Source of the DNA: Rhodosorus marinus CCMP1338
Lineage: Eukaryota > Plantae > Rhodophyta
Assembly (NCBI GenBank): GCA_029953675.1
Contig: JAMWBK010000008.1
Span: 806,001 to 870,000 of the forward strand
Direction: 5' to 3'
DNA length: 64,000 bases
Part shown: positions 22,165-36,582 of the stretch, piece after piece
Position numbering within the stretch: the stretch's first letter is position 1
Layout: each line of letters starts with the position of its first letter
Position numbers and translations under genes: made by a program
The notes under the pieces: generated by a model
What the model was told of the DNA's origin: nothing
Databases searched by the model: none
Seen by the model: only the letters and a program-made list of their open reading frames with translations

Positions 22165-25100
22165 ATGGCTGATAATAGTGCGATGGACATCCTGACGGGT
22201 GTGCAGAGGCTGAACTTGGATTTAGATGAAGACCTTGAGCCGAAGGTGAAAGCCAAGAGCGCTGGGGCTCTTTTGGGATCGGTAACGCAGGAATTTGAGC
22301 AGGACAGGGAAGAAGGCATCGTCAGAGCATCCGCTGAGGTGTTGCACAGGCGATCAGATGGCGAAGGGGAACCTGGAACAAATGTTGATTTCCATGATGC
22401 TGTGGCCAGGTCTAGATCCAGCGCGTTTGGGAACAGCAGACCCTCTTCACAGCTCGACATTGGAGATGATGAGGATGATTTCACAATGGAAAACTTTAAA
22501 CTCATCCAAGGGAAGCTTCGGCTTTCGAGTATCGACGCCCTCGGATCGGACCTTGGAAAACCGCCCGTTGGGAGGTCCGGCAGTGGACTAAGCTCGAGGA
22601 CGGGGGCTGTGACGAGGACTGGGACCACTACCAGTGCGTCAACCATAAAGCCTTCGACAGTTGATGAGCTGTCAATACCACCCTCAACACTGGAGTTTGA
22701 CGTTGTTCCCTCGCGACTACTTTATTCGGATTTGGGAGAGCGAAAATCGTCTGCACCTGTACGGACTCTCAACCTACAGATTCCAGACGAAGGAAATGCG
22801 TTTTCTACGCATTCGCAAAATTTCATTCCAGGTTTGGACCAAGCTAAAGCTGAGAGAGATTTAAGCGCTACGAGGGAAGTCGAACTGCGCCCTCCCAGCA
22901 TTGATGAACTGAGCCTGAAAATCCAAGACGACGATAGTAGTTCAAGGAAAAGACCCTCAGCCCAGCTTGATCTCGAGGAAGAAGACCTCATTTTTCCTGA
23001 AGCAGTTGCGGCAGAACCAGTGAGACAAAGTGACCGGTTTGATACGTTAACATACAGCTATAGGTAAGCGAACTTTGCCGTCCTCCCCTTAGCACCTTTA
23101 CGAGGATTGTTGAAGCCATCACTTGTATTTTCAAATTCCTGCTCCTCTTCACTGCGGGTTTAGCAAGTTCTCAGCAGCCGGTGGCACAGACTTCGGCTCG
23201 TACCCCTCCCAGTTGCCGGAGTATTCGGTATCCAGGAAACGAAGAACTACTGATGACCACGTTGATCGATATGGGAACATGATCGTAGACAAGCCAATTA
23301 ACCTGTCACAGCTGAACGAGTTGATTTATCGAATCAGCACGGTATGTCGGGCAGCGGGAATACAAGAGGACATGGACGCAGTGGATACGGACCTGTTAAA
23401 CTGCGATCTGGGTAACGTGTTGAGCTCGATGTCGAGGCAACTACGGAGAGTCGAGAAGAAAAATCGATTCAATGCCATCAAGATGCAGCACACGTGGTAC
23501 GGCGAGGGCTCGAAGATTCCCGACAAGCAGTTGTTTGACAATGTCTCTGTCCATCTTCGGACAAAGTTCAATGAATTCAAACCTGCCAAAGGGTTAACCG
23601 TGGTTCTGACGTCCGCGGGTGGCCTTTACAACAACTCTCCGATGAAGCGCAGATGGGAGGTTCTGGAGGAAATCGGAAGGTAATGGGGTTCTTGCTATCT
23701 CACGCTTATTCCTTGCTCCTCTACGTCCTGTCTTTCGGATAAGGAGAAAGAAGTTCCAACCTTAGTGCTTTCCTTTTTTTATTTCGTTTTGGAATTCAGG
23801 GGTTCATCTGGTGTAGTGTATCGAGCGAGGAGTAAAGTCCTCCCTGGGGAATATGCGGCGGTGAAATATATCGACAAAAACAGCGCGGATTACTCCGAGA
23901 CGAAGGTTTGCCGCGAAGTGTATTGCTTCCACATTGTAAGCTGATGCCCGGCGCATTGAACGGTTCTTTTGTATTTGATATACTCAAGCGTTTCTCTGTT
24001 TGGCGACGTGGACTAGATTCAGCGGGCTGGTGGACATGAGAATATAGTGGAGGTGTATGAGGTCGATGAGGATGACCGGTTTGTATACATAGTCATGGAG
24101 TTGTAAGATGAGACGAGCAGGGCCATAGTAGCCGTCGGTGATAATTTTAACTCGGAATCTTCTAACGCTTGGTATTGAACCGTTACCTGCACAGGCTTGA
24201 AGGAGAGGAGCTGCTCAACCGAGTGAGCATGGCTGGAAGTTATATGGAGTGAGCTACTATCGCGTGTAGATTTCCGTGGTTGGGGACACGTTTGCTGAGA
24301 TCTTCCATTTTGATTTGTACGCTCTCTTTGCAGGAACCATTCAGCTGCGATAGTGTCCCAAATAGTGGAAGCGCTTGCCTTTGTGCATAGTTTGAATATT
24401 ATTCATCGAGACGTGAAAGGTCCGACTATTTATCGTCGCTCAAAAAGGTTCACGTGATCAAACCCCGGCACTCACGCGTTCCAATCTCGTATTCTCGTAT
24501 CGTTTGCAAAACAGCCGAGAATTTTGTCTTCTCTACCCCCGCTCGCAATTCACCAATCAAGCTGATCGATTTTGGTGTCTCCTTCTATTCACACGACTAT
24601 GGCTCTTGCCATGGCACCGAACTCATTGGTAAGTTTAGTTACGACTTTTTTTTGCAACGCGAACGGATTCTGAATTGGATTCCTCATTGGGACCGGAACC
24701 TCTGCTTAATCAAAATCTGTAGGAAGTGCGTTGTACTGTAAGTTTCTGAAGGACATTAACCTTGTCAGCATGATGTTTCTTCGGTTCACTTCCTCGGGCG
24801 GGTTCTTCTAAGGCTGAAAAGTTTTCCAATCTTCTGTTGGACAGTAGCACCAGAAATGTGGCAACGACGAATGTACAACCAAGCAGTGGATATGTTTAGC
24901 CTGGGGATCCTTGTTCATATCCTACTAACTGGCTCTCCTCCGTTTAACTGTATGGTAGGATCCGCAATAATCAAGTGTCTGTACCGTTTTGGAGCACGCT
25001 TGTCGATAAGGAGATTGCTCATTTTCTTGTGGAATCCCTTTTTCTAGGACCTGCATGACTATGTACATAGAATTCAAGACGAAGACATTTCTCTGGATGG

Positions 25101-26111
25101 AAATGAGTGGGTTTCGATCTCACAACTGGGGAAGCAGTTCGTCCGCGATATTTTGCAAAGAGATCCAGAGAAAAGGATGGAATCCAGACAAGCCCTTGAG
25201 CATGCTTGGTTGAAAGCATTTGACTCAGCTCCTGAGCAAAGCAGTCACCTGGGCAGCGTGCAGAAGACGCTTCGAGAGTTTTCAGTTCAATGCAGCGTGA
25301 AGAAAGGCCGAGTAAGTAGCTCTGCATCGCTGGTTGCTATGAATGATGGAGCTAATCAACGCAATCACTCTTACATTGCGTTCGCTCTTCTCAGGGGTTC
25401 CTTCCACCGTTAAGCTCAGCCGCTGAAGCCCAAATGGTGATTGGAGCGCTCAAAGTCGAAATGAAGAAGCCATCGGTTCGAAGTGGTCGACGAACGACGT
25501 TTGTGGATGATGTTAAAGACTTGAACGATTCCCCGTATATGCCGGATACTCCGGAATCGGAAAAGGTACCTTCTAGCGACCCCAGCACTGCTCCAGTAGG
25601 CGACCTACGATTTCCACAGCGAAAAGTTGATGATGAAACGGAACAAAGCGGTGGTGAAACAGACGCCGCTGGCAAGTCGAGTGGGGGCCCGTACTCAGGC
25701 TATTTGTCAAGTCGAAGCTCCCTCCCTCTGACTTCCTCGAACGGCGACGCTAGCTCCGCCAGCGGCTCAAACCCTAACTCGCGCAAGGACTCGAACCATG
25801 GCAAGAGTCAGGGATCCTTTCGCGCAGGGTCCTTTCGTCGGAGACTTGGCAAGTCAGCTGCTAGTGAAGCATCCGGGCAGTCTGGGGATGAACTTGACAG
25901 GAAAAAGTCGTCGAGGCTTGGCGAACTGAGGTTGAGCTTTAGGAATGCAATCGAGGGATCCTCGGAGCCGGTTTCCCCTTTGAATCTTGGAAAGGAATCT
26001 GGGACGGACGACAGTCCACCAGAAACGCATAGACACACACCGCTCAGCAGCTTAACAAGATTCTTCTCGAGACCGTGGAGTTCAAAATCCTCTCAGAGTT
26101 CAGCCCCTTGA
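22165..26111 (+). CDS. CAMK-group Ser/Thr protein kinase with long disordered N- and C-terminal extensions and no EF-hands; at least 9 exons
   Basis: After splicing: EIGRGSSGVV, AAVK, HENIV, HRDVKAEN, KLIDFG, GSALYLAPE, DMFSLG, TGSPPF, DPEKRM...ALEHAW. All catalytic motifs are intact. Confidence 0.9.
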
Positions 26112-27092
26112 GGTATTTAAAAGCGGATGCGCGTCTTTTGTATTTTGACGCCGAGCAAACCAATTAGAGGGCACAAATAGAGGGTGTGGCCTGGCGGGCA
26201 TGAGCCTGTAACTTTGGAAAGCATATGTAAAGAAAAATAGATTCCATGACCTCCCCAGAACTCCTTCCATCGCTTGGGCCGAGTTCTCCGCGCCTCGAGC
26301 ACAACGTGGTCTGGGGGAACGTGTGTGCAGGGGGGTGATGAAGCATGAGGAATCTTCCTGACCATCTGGTACCGTCCAAGCACCAAGTCAGTCGGCCATA
26401 GTGGCCAAAACATAACTCTCCAAACCGGTGGTGTAACGTCTGCTCGGTCCGTATATAGCGAATGCCACGCGAGCGCCGACGTGCACAAAATCCTCCTCGT
26501 GGAATGTACTCAGCTCAGCCAGGGTCTTGTGTTTCAGAGACCAAAAACTCTTTGAGGGCGGGAATCGAGCGCCAAATCTTTACAACATCAGACAAAATAA
26601 AACCGAAGCCAGCTCTGGAGAACAATACACCCAACCAACCAACGCTGTCCACGGCCAGGAGCAATAGGGAGAACGGAGTCAGATTCGTGAGCTAAGTGAA
26701 AACTCCAATCCATCAAAGGGCCTCCTGCGTAAAGATATGAAGACGGTCGCTGAGCGTGAGCAGTACCACGTATGTTGCGAGAATCCTCTCCTCAACACGC
26801 TTATTCGCAAACAATAAAAAACACACCTTAGTACATGAACTAGGAGCACGAAGCTCTGCCGTAGCTCTGCTGTTGCCATTTGGCTCTGCAAGCAGAGCTG
26901 CGCCCAGCTGGTGGCTGGACTTACGGATGTCATAGCTGAAGTCACTGAGGTTTACAGAATTGAAGTCATATAGTGGTCGAAACGGAAGAGTCCTCAGCGT
27001 GGGAGAGGGCGTAAAATATGGGTTAGGTGTGGAGGTGGACCACAGTTTTTCTGGCCTGAACTGGTTTGCTCTTAAGGGGAAGAGAGGCAAGC

Positions 27093-29584
27093 ATGAGGCG
27101 TGCGTTCAATAAGAATCTGTCGAAGGCATCTAAAGGAGTTTCGCAGGTGTCTAACTTCGGTCATGCGTCTTACATACCTTGCAAAGTCCGCTTCGACTTC
27201 TCAAATGTTCGAATTGAAAAACTCCGAACCCGAGCGGCCAATGTCGTCCTTGTGTGGGAAAGGAGAGATAAGACTGTAGGTTATTTTTTTGCGTACATGT
27301 TTTTCCTCTGGAAGTCGAAGGTTAGTCTGGGTGAGAGCCTCCATACTGATGTTGTCTTTCTTCTGTTTCACGTCAATTTCAGATCGCAACCGAACAGCAG
27401 GTCGTTCGATCTGGGAATGTAACCTTCTCTGACGGCCTGCATCTAGAGTGCACTTTATTTAAGGATCCTGACTCCAATGATTTCCAGCAAAAGCAAGCAA
27501 AGTTCGCGGTTAGAGTATTCAGCAAGGAGGGCAAAACAATTGCAAAGATCCACTTCAATGTCGCAGAATACATTCTTGTCCCCAGTGGAAGCCAGGATAT
27601 CAAATTATCGCTTTCGGATGGCTCAATTTTAAAAGGTTTGGTGACAACCACTCTCGCCAAGAGCGGACGATCGGTATGGATATGTAGCGAATATGCGGCG
27701 TTCTCATGTCCGGGTTTCCTGGATTCGCACTCTCCACATGAAGAGGACGTCCTTTAATTTGCTCAATGCCTCTACTCTATGCCTCACTACAGAAACCCGC
27801 AAGTCGTGGAGGAAGTAGTGCGGGCTTTTCTGCGTTCACCAGCGGGAGCGGCGGCCTCAGTCAAGCCGGCGATTTTGACGATTTAACTAACGACGTCCCT
27901 GCTGAAGATGAATTCAATGACCTGAACTTCGACGACGATATGTTGGGGATGATTCCAACCAAGAAACCAACACCTTCGAAAGCTAGCGGAGGCCCACGCC
28001 CTGCTGAAAACCAACGGAAGAAGAACGTGGCTCATGTCAGCGCCCCAAAAGGTATTCCCCAACTCAGATACAAGACTTGATAACGTTCTGAATGCACGAT
28101 TCCATGCGCTGAGACTAGCCGGTTCTATTTTCTTTCAGTCACCTCAGCCGCTCCGGCTCGTGCTCCTGCTGTGGCTGGTGATCCGATTCCCTCAACAGTT
28201 GCCGTGTCTGCAGCTTCAGCGACCGCTTCTGCATTCACACCGACTGGTCCCCCTGCAGTAGAAACCGTGAAAGCAGAACAAGTGGCTTCTGTTCCCCAAA
28301 CTCTACAGCGTAAGCCCTGGTGATCAATATTAATCGGCGAAACTTCATACTTGCTGTTTTCTCAAAGCCGCAACCACCTAGAGAACAAGCATTCGCTGTG
28401 CTAACGAAACCTCCTTTTTCGAGCAACTTCTACAGCTGCAATCGCTCTTGTCCCCACAGTTTCAGCGGCTTCGTCTCCTGTAGCATCGGGCCTGGCAGCG
28501 AAGATACCAGGAAGATCAGCCGAGAGCGTGCCAAAAAGTGGCGGGTCCACATCGTCAACTGCTGTGGCTCAGCGCAAACCACTTCAGGCAAAGGTAGATG
28601 AGGTCCGTGGCCGAGTGATTGATCCCCTCGTCCAGCTCCCCCAGACTATTGCTAGAAATGCATGAAGAGGACAGCTTACGAACGGCCGGTGTTCTCATGT
28701 TGTGCGTTTACTCAGGCCGATACTCGGAACGTCTTCATTTCAAGCGAGAGTGAGCAAGAGCCAGAAAGCTGCGTGGATTTCGATTCGCAGTCATTGTACG
28801 AGAAGACTGAAAAAGTTGAGGATCAACTACCGGACAGTACCGAAGCAGTTTTCGAAGACGCAGCACGACTATCGAATGCGTCGAAGGACGCCCAGTTAAA
28901 GGTAAATGGACGAATGCAGTAAAACTCGTTGAGTGCATGTGGAGTCTCTCCGGCTTCGTCGTTTGACATTGGCTCCTCGGTTCACACACTGGGATGTATA
29001 GATATCTTCGCTTCGAGCGGAACTGAAGGATCTGGAAGATCAGCTTGACGTTCGAAAACGTGCGGAGGCTGACCGAGAAGAAGCTAGAAAGGAGCAGCTC
29101 AGGACGGCATCTTCGATGGCAGAAGAGGTGGAGATTCTCAGCAAGGCAAACCGCGAGCTTGAGATTTCGTCAGAGAAGCTGAACAAGGAACTCGCTGCCC
29201 TGGAGAATGAGAATAAGCTAGCGGCTGCTGAGGTGAGGAAGAAGCTCACATGATTATGCCGGCCGGGCTATTTCAATGCTCACGGCCAAAATTCCGATCT
29301 CCTTTCCAGTCCATATGAAAGGGTGCAATCTTAACGCATTGTTCGTATTTCGGGATCAGGAGGAGAGGTTGGTTGCCAATGTGGAAGAGTATGTGAACAA
29401 GAACGAGGAGATGCGAGCTCAGCTCGATGCAGTAAGGAGCAGAATTCAACGCGATGCCAAGGAGGAGACCCTTGTGAATGATCTGAAGGCCGCCAAACTC
29501 CAGCTCGCTATTAAAACGATGGAAAGAGACGAAGCAATTATGATGCTCAGAACTCATCGAGCAACGCTGAGTAATTCTGGATAG
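27093..29584 (+). CDS. NT-C2 (EEIG1/EHBP1-type) domain protein with low-complexity linker and C-terminal coiled coil; multi-exon
   Basis: VRFDFSNVRIE...VVLVWERRDK|...VTFSDGLHLECTLFK...FQQKQAKFAV...KTIAKIHFNVAEY...LSLSDG follows the NT-C2 pattern. Later exons are E/K/L/R-rich heptads. Confidence 0.7.
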
Positions 29585-30104
29585 CTTCATTGGAAGGCCC
29601 TTGCAACATAACGCAGTTAAAATTTCTCCTTCCGCATCCGTTTCGCGGTTTAATGTATCTCGGCGGACCACCGGACCCTGTGCTATCCCATCAATGCCCT
29701 CAAGAAAACCCCCAGACAAGTAGTACTTGTGCAGTACGGGCATCTACCTAGTTCGTGCAACCTCACGAGCTCTAGCTCTGACCTCATAAAAGCAAAGCGC
29801 AAGTGGTTTCACTCAAAATTGCAACGATGATGTTCGTCAAGAAGGGACTCCCTCCTTCCACATCAAACGTCGCAAACAAGCAAAGTGGACGACGCGGGAA
29901 CCCCACTACTTGGGCAGTTCTCAGATTTCTTGCTTAAGATTTCACTCCACCGCTTCTAGCCCTATCCCAAGTATCTAACAGTGAAACGACTTAAAAAAGT
30001 AGACAACCAGGCAAAACTGGGTGCTTCACGCACAATTCTCTTCCCTCTCGAACAAAAACAGTTGCGATTAATACGGCCCGAAAGACAGCTGCGTGTCAAA
30101 GGCT

Positions 30105-30346
30105 CCTCAACAATCCACCTTGCATCCGGTCCAGGGAAAAACTCAAACATGCAACTGCCATGTCACTCAGCGCCTTGATAATCTCAACTCCCTCATACCA
30201 AGGGTTCCCCCACAGGACCCGATGCAAGATGGGATCGTCACTCAACTACGGTTCTCTTCAGCGATCCACCTTGCATCTAGTCCGAGGGCGAACCTTAGAC
30301 ATGCAGCTACCATGTCGCTCAGAGCCTTATTAAGCTCACCTCCCTC
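30105..30346. repeat. Diverged direct repeat of about 90 bp (30105-30194 and 30256-30346)
   Basis: About 79% identity by manual alignment. Shared blocks are ATCCACCTTGCATC, ACATGCA.CT.CCATGTC.CTCAG.GCCTT and CTCCCTC. Confidence 0.85.
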
Positions 30347-30874
30347 CTTCGGGATAAACCACAACATGAAGATTGGTCCATCTTCCTCCACACCCTCCCT
30401 CCGACCAAACCAACCGTCGTCACGTTTATCTTGTGGACGCGACAAGGCAGAAACATGTTGTGCCGAGCAAATTCTACCTCAACCGTCACCATATCTCAGT
30501 CCAAAATAAAGATTGCGAATTCGTAATATTAACTTTATATAAGAGAACATCAGTCAAGTATTTTATTGACTGAATAATTGTAGTGACACTTTTAGATCTT
30601 CAAAAAGTATCATTCGCCAGTATGGGGTGAGCTTTTTTTTTATTGAGGAAATTGTTTTTTGGGATGACGATGGGGAGCCTCCAAATTTTTTGCCTTTTTG
30701 TAGGAAAGGGGACGCGGAAGGGTTGAAGAGGGTGGTTAAGGGTAGTGTTGAAGTACCCGAGCGAGATGGTTTTTGGATGGGTTTATTTAACGTGTGTCTT
30801 TGAATAGAGGGTTTTTTTCTCCCCGGATTTGGTTTGCTTTGGGTTGGTGCATACTTGTGTCGGTATTCGTTGAA

Positions 30875-33657
<2,783 letters not shown>

Positions 33658-34059
33658 AAGGTTTCCGTGGGGTGGACAAAAGGCATTGGATGTCCCGGAA
33701 AATTGTCGGGCTTTCTCCAACATTCAGGAAGCCGATTATTTTGCTCCCCAAACCAGGGAAGAAATGCGGTTTCTGACAAAATTGCCGGTCATATACAGCA
33801 TTTTGTTCTTTACCTCAAGCTGGGAGTAGGAGCCCCTAGGCTTGATATCTGGCTAGATACACGGGTATTGAAACCTGCTACCCCGATGCCGGGGGTCCCG
33901 ATCGATGGCAAACTCTCTACAATATACAACTGTCTAACTCGGGCTCACCATTGACGTGTAGGAAGGACAGCACCATCCTCAGTTTCTCGGACAAAAGTGC
34001 TCATCTTGAGTACCCTCAATGCCACTCGGTCTATGTGCAAGTATCCACAACAAACGCGC

Positions 34060-35359
34060 TCAGATTCCCTTCATCTCGAAGGAGAGATCATCCTCGTCTA
34101 AGGTGTCTTCATCACCGATCGAGGGCGGCTGTTCCCCCGTCTGCTGGAAGAAGCCCAACAGATCCTCAACGTCGAGTTTTGACCCCATGTAGACGGGAGC
34201 TCGTTGGTGGACAGTCGTCGGGACAATATCAAGAATTCTCTCCCACCCTGTGGTGGCCTTCCCCCCGGCGTTTTCGATTAGGAAAGCCATTGGGAAAGCT
34301 TCGTAAAGTAGACGAAGCTTGCCCCGTCGATGAAGTCGGTCAGTCGGGTACATGAAAACTCCCCCGTAGAATAGTGTGCGGTGAATATCGGCAACCATTG
34401 TGCCAATGTAACTGGAGAAGAAGAAGTATCAACGTCAATCATGGCATGCTCCTAGGCTAGCAACCGTTGTGTTGCTGGGAGGCACAATACTTGCATTACC
34501 GAAGCGAATAGGGCTTTCTCGTCTCATCTGTGGGAAACTTAATGCTGTTCACGTATAGCCTTGTAGATTCGTTCCATTCATCCGAATTGCCTTCATTGAC
34601 AGAATAAATGTTGCCTCGATCTTTGATTCGCAAGCTCGGTTGAGTGAGAACGAACTCGCCAAGGCTGGGATCCAATGTGAATGCATGGACTCCATCGCCA
34701 GTACTGATGACAAGACTTGTTGAGCTGCCATACATTGCATATCCAGCGGCAGCAATCTCACTTCCCTTCTGAAGGATGGCCTTTGTAGCCTCCTCAACCG
34801 TGCGGATCCCACCTGCATCCTGGAGCCTATAGACTGCGAAAATCGATCCCACCGATATGTTCGCGTCTATGTTCGACGAACCATCCAACGGATCAAACGC
34901 TATGGCGTACTTTGCCGAGTTCAGATTCCGATCCAATACTAGCGCCATATCTTCGCTTTCGGACACCATAATCGATACCTGGGATAGGATACAAGAGCAA
35001 AACCGTATTCGCTGTTCCACTTTAGAGATCTAAGGGCCTGGAAAACGGACACAAGCTTCCTTTCTCTTCACGGAGATATTGTGCACCTTCTCGCAAGCCT
35101 CAATATTCGTCTTGAAAGTGTCATTTGCCAGCGTTTTTAAATCCTTTTCAGAGTCTGACTGGAAGTTTCCGATACCTGCCAACCCATAGAGCTTGGCGAT
35201 CCCGGACCTTCGAACACAAACATCAGTCACCTTGCATGCAAGCTGGACCGCGGTCAACAGGATCGTCAAGTCACCCCTGGCGTGATTATGCGCCCGCTGT
35301 CCATGCAGAACATATCTCGTGAGGGTGATCGAGTCTAAACCCCTCAAGTTTTCATCCAT
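34060..35359 (-). CDS. FBP: Class I fructose-1,6-bisphosphatase (cytosolic type) with substituted catalytic residues; exons 35359-35087, 34978-34500, 34411-34060
   Basis: [44 protein letters not shown] and [14 protein letters not shown] are present. There is no transit peptide or plastid redox insertion. Confidence 0.93.
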
Positions 35360-35699
35360 CCAAGAAAAAGAAACAAGCAAACAAACCACAAGAAGAAAAC
35401 TACCAACCAGTCAGTCAGCACCTCCCCCCAAAAAACAGATCCAACCGAATCCAATCGCTCGCTGGCTTTTTTCTCGCACTCGCGCTTCTCTCAGCACCCC
35501 CAGAAAGACGTCAAAACGAAAAAATCATCAGAATCAGGGCTTTCTCTTCTACATCGAAAAAAGCAAAGCAGTTAACTTCAACAGTCAGATTCCCAAATGC
35601 ATTCTAAGGCACTTCGTCATCCGTCCGGCCACCTCAAACCTAGACTCGGTCAGAAGAACATTGACCAATATATAGGGAGAGGTTAAGGCCCTGTAATTC

Positions 35700-35912
35700 G
35701 AAAGAAAATATGCCATTGACCAATGTTCTTTCAAAAGCGTAGGGGCAATGGATCAAGGTGGCCAATGTTCCTCTAACTCGGGCCAAGGCGAAAGAAGAAA
35801 AATATGGCCGTTGTTCCTTAACCCCGGGCCTTGTCGAAAAATATGACCACTGTTCCTTACCTTCGGGCCGAGGCGAAAATATGACCAATCTTCCTGTGAC
35901 CTAGCGCCAGGT
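35700..35912. repeat. Degenerate minisatellite, about four copies of a 38-39 bp unit
   Basis: GAAAA(A)TATG(G/A)CC..TGTTCCT....CGGGCC..G.CG recurs with unit starts at about 35797, 35836 and 35875, plus partial copies upstream. Confidence 0.85.
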
Positions 35913-36582
35913 TGCGGAAACATGGCCGATGTGATAGTGAGCGTTTATCACAGCGGTGAGGAAACTCCGTTCGAGTAGTTCTATGGTTTCTTGCCGGACT
36001 CGACGGCATGGCAAACGGACAGGGGTTCATGCTTGACAAATCACTCAGCGAATTCTAGCAAGAGGAGCTTCGTCCGGGTTTTTGGCTTTTTGCAGGATTG
36101 GAACAGAGCACCTGCCGCTTCTCGTTTCACTGCTTTGTGATACCGCTCCCGAAGGGCTGTAAGAACTTTCGCAACCATTCGTGTGGAACAGTGTTTGTTT
36201 GACTTGCTTTTGGTCCAGCAGTACCTGGCAGTGTACGCCTGCTCGAATGGTACACAATTTTGACTAGGTTTCAATTTTACTATTGGAATAATCATCCGGT
36301 GCGAACATGTTCATGGCTTGAGAGCAAGACATTTCAATTCTAGACATCTCCGCCTCAAAGCCGTCACTGCAATTCGAGTGAGATCCTCTCGAAAGCTGGT
36401 AGGGCCTACTTGACGGATTCTGCCTTAGCTCGCACCTTTTGAACGAGTGACGCTCACCAGTTCCACATGTTGCTACTGTATGCCAGGAGAATGATAAGTC
36501 AATGTGCAGCATTCTTGTATTCACATTAGATAAGATGAGTTTCAGGGTCCAGCTTGGACAAGAAGAACGCGGAACTCCACCA

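Noticed and set aside
26117-27090. Protein-like minus-strand fragments between the kinase and the NT-C2 gene
   Set aside because: I could not join them into a coherent spliced frame or assign a family.
35700-35912. Regularly spaced repeats superficially like a CRISPR array
   Set aside because: The context is eukaryotic, the units are degenerate along their whole length with no unique spacers, and there are no cas genes.
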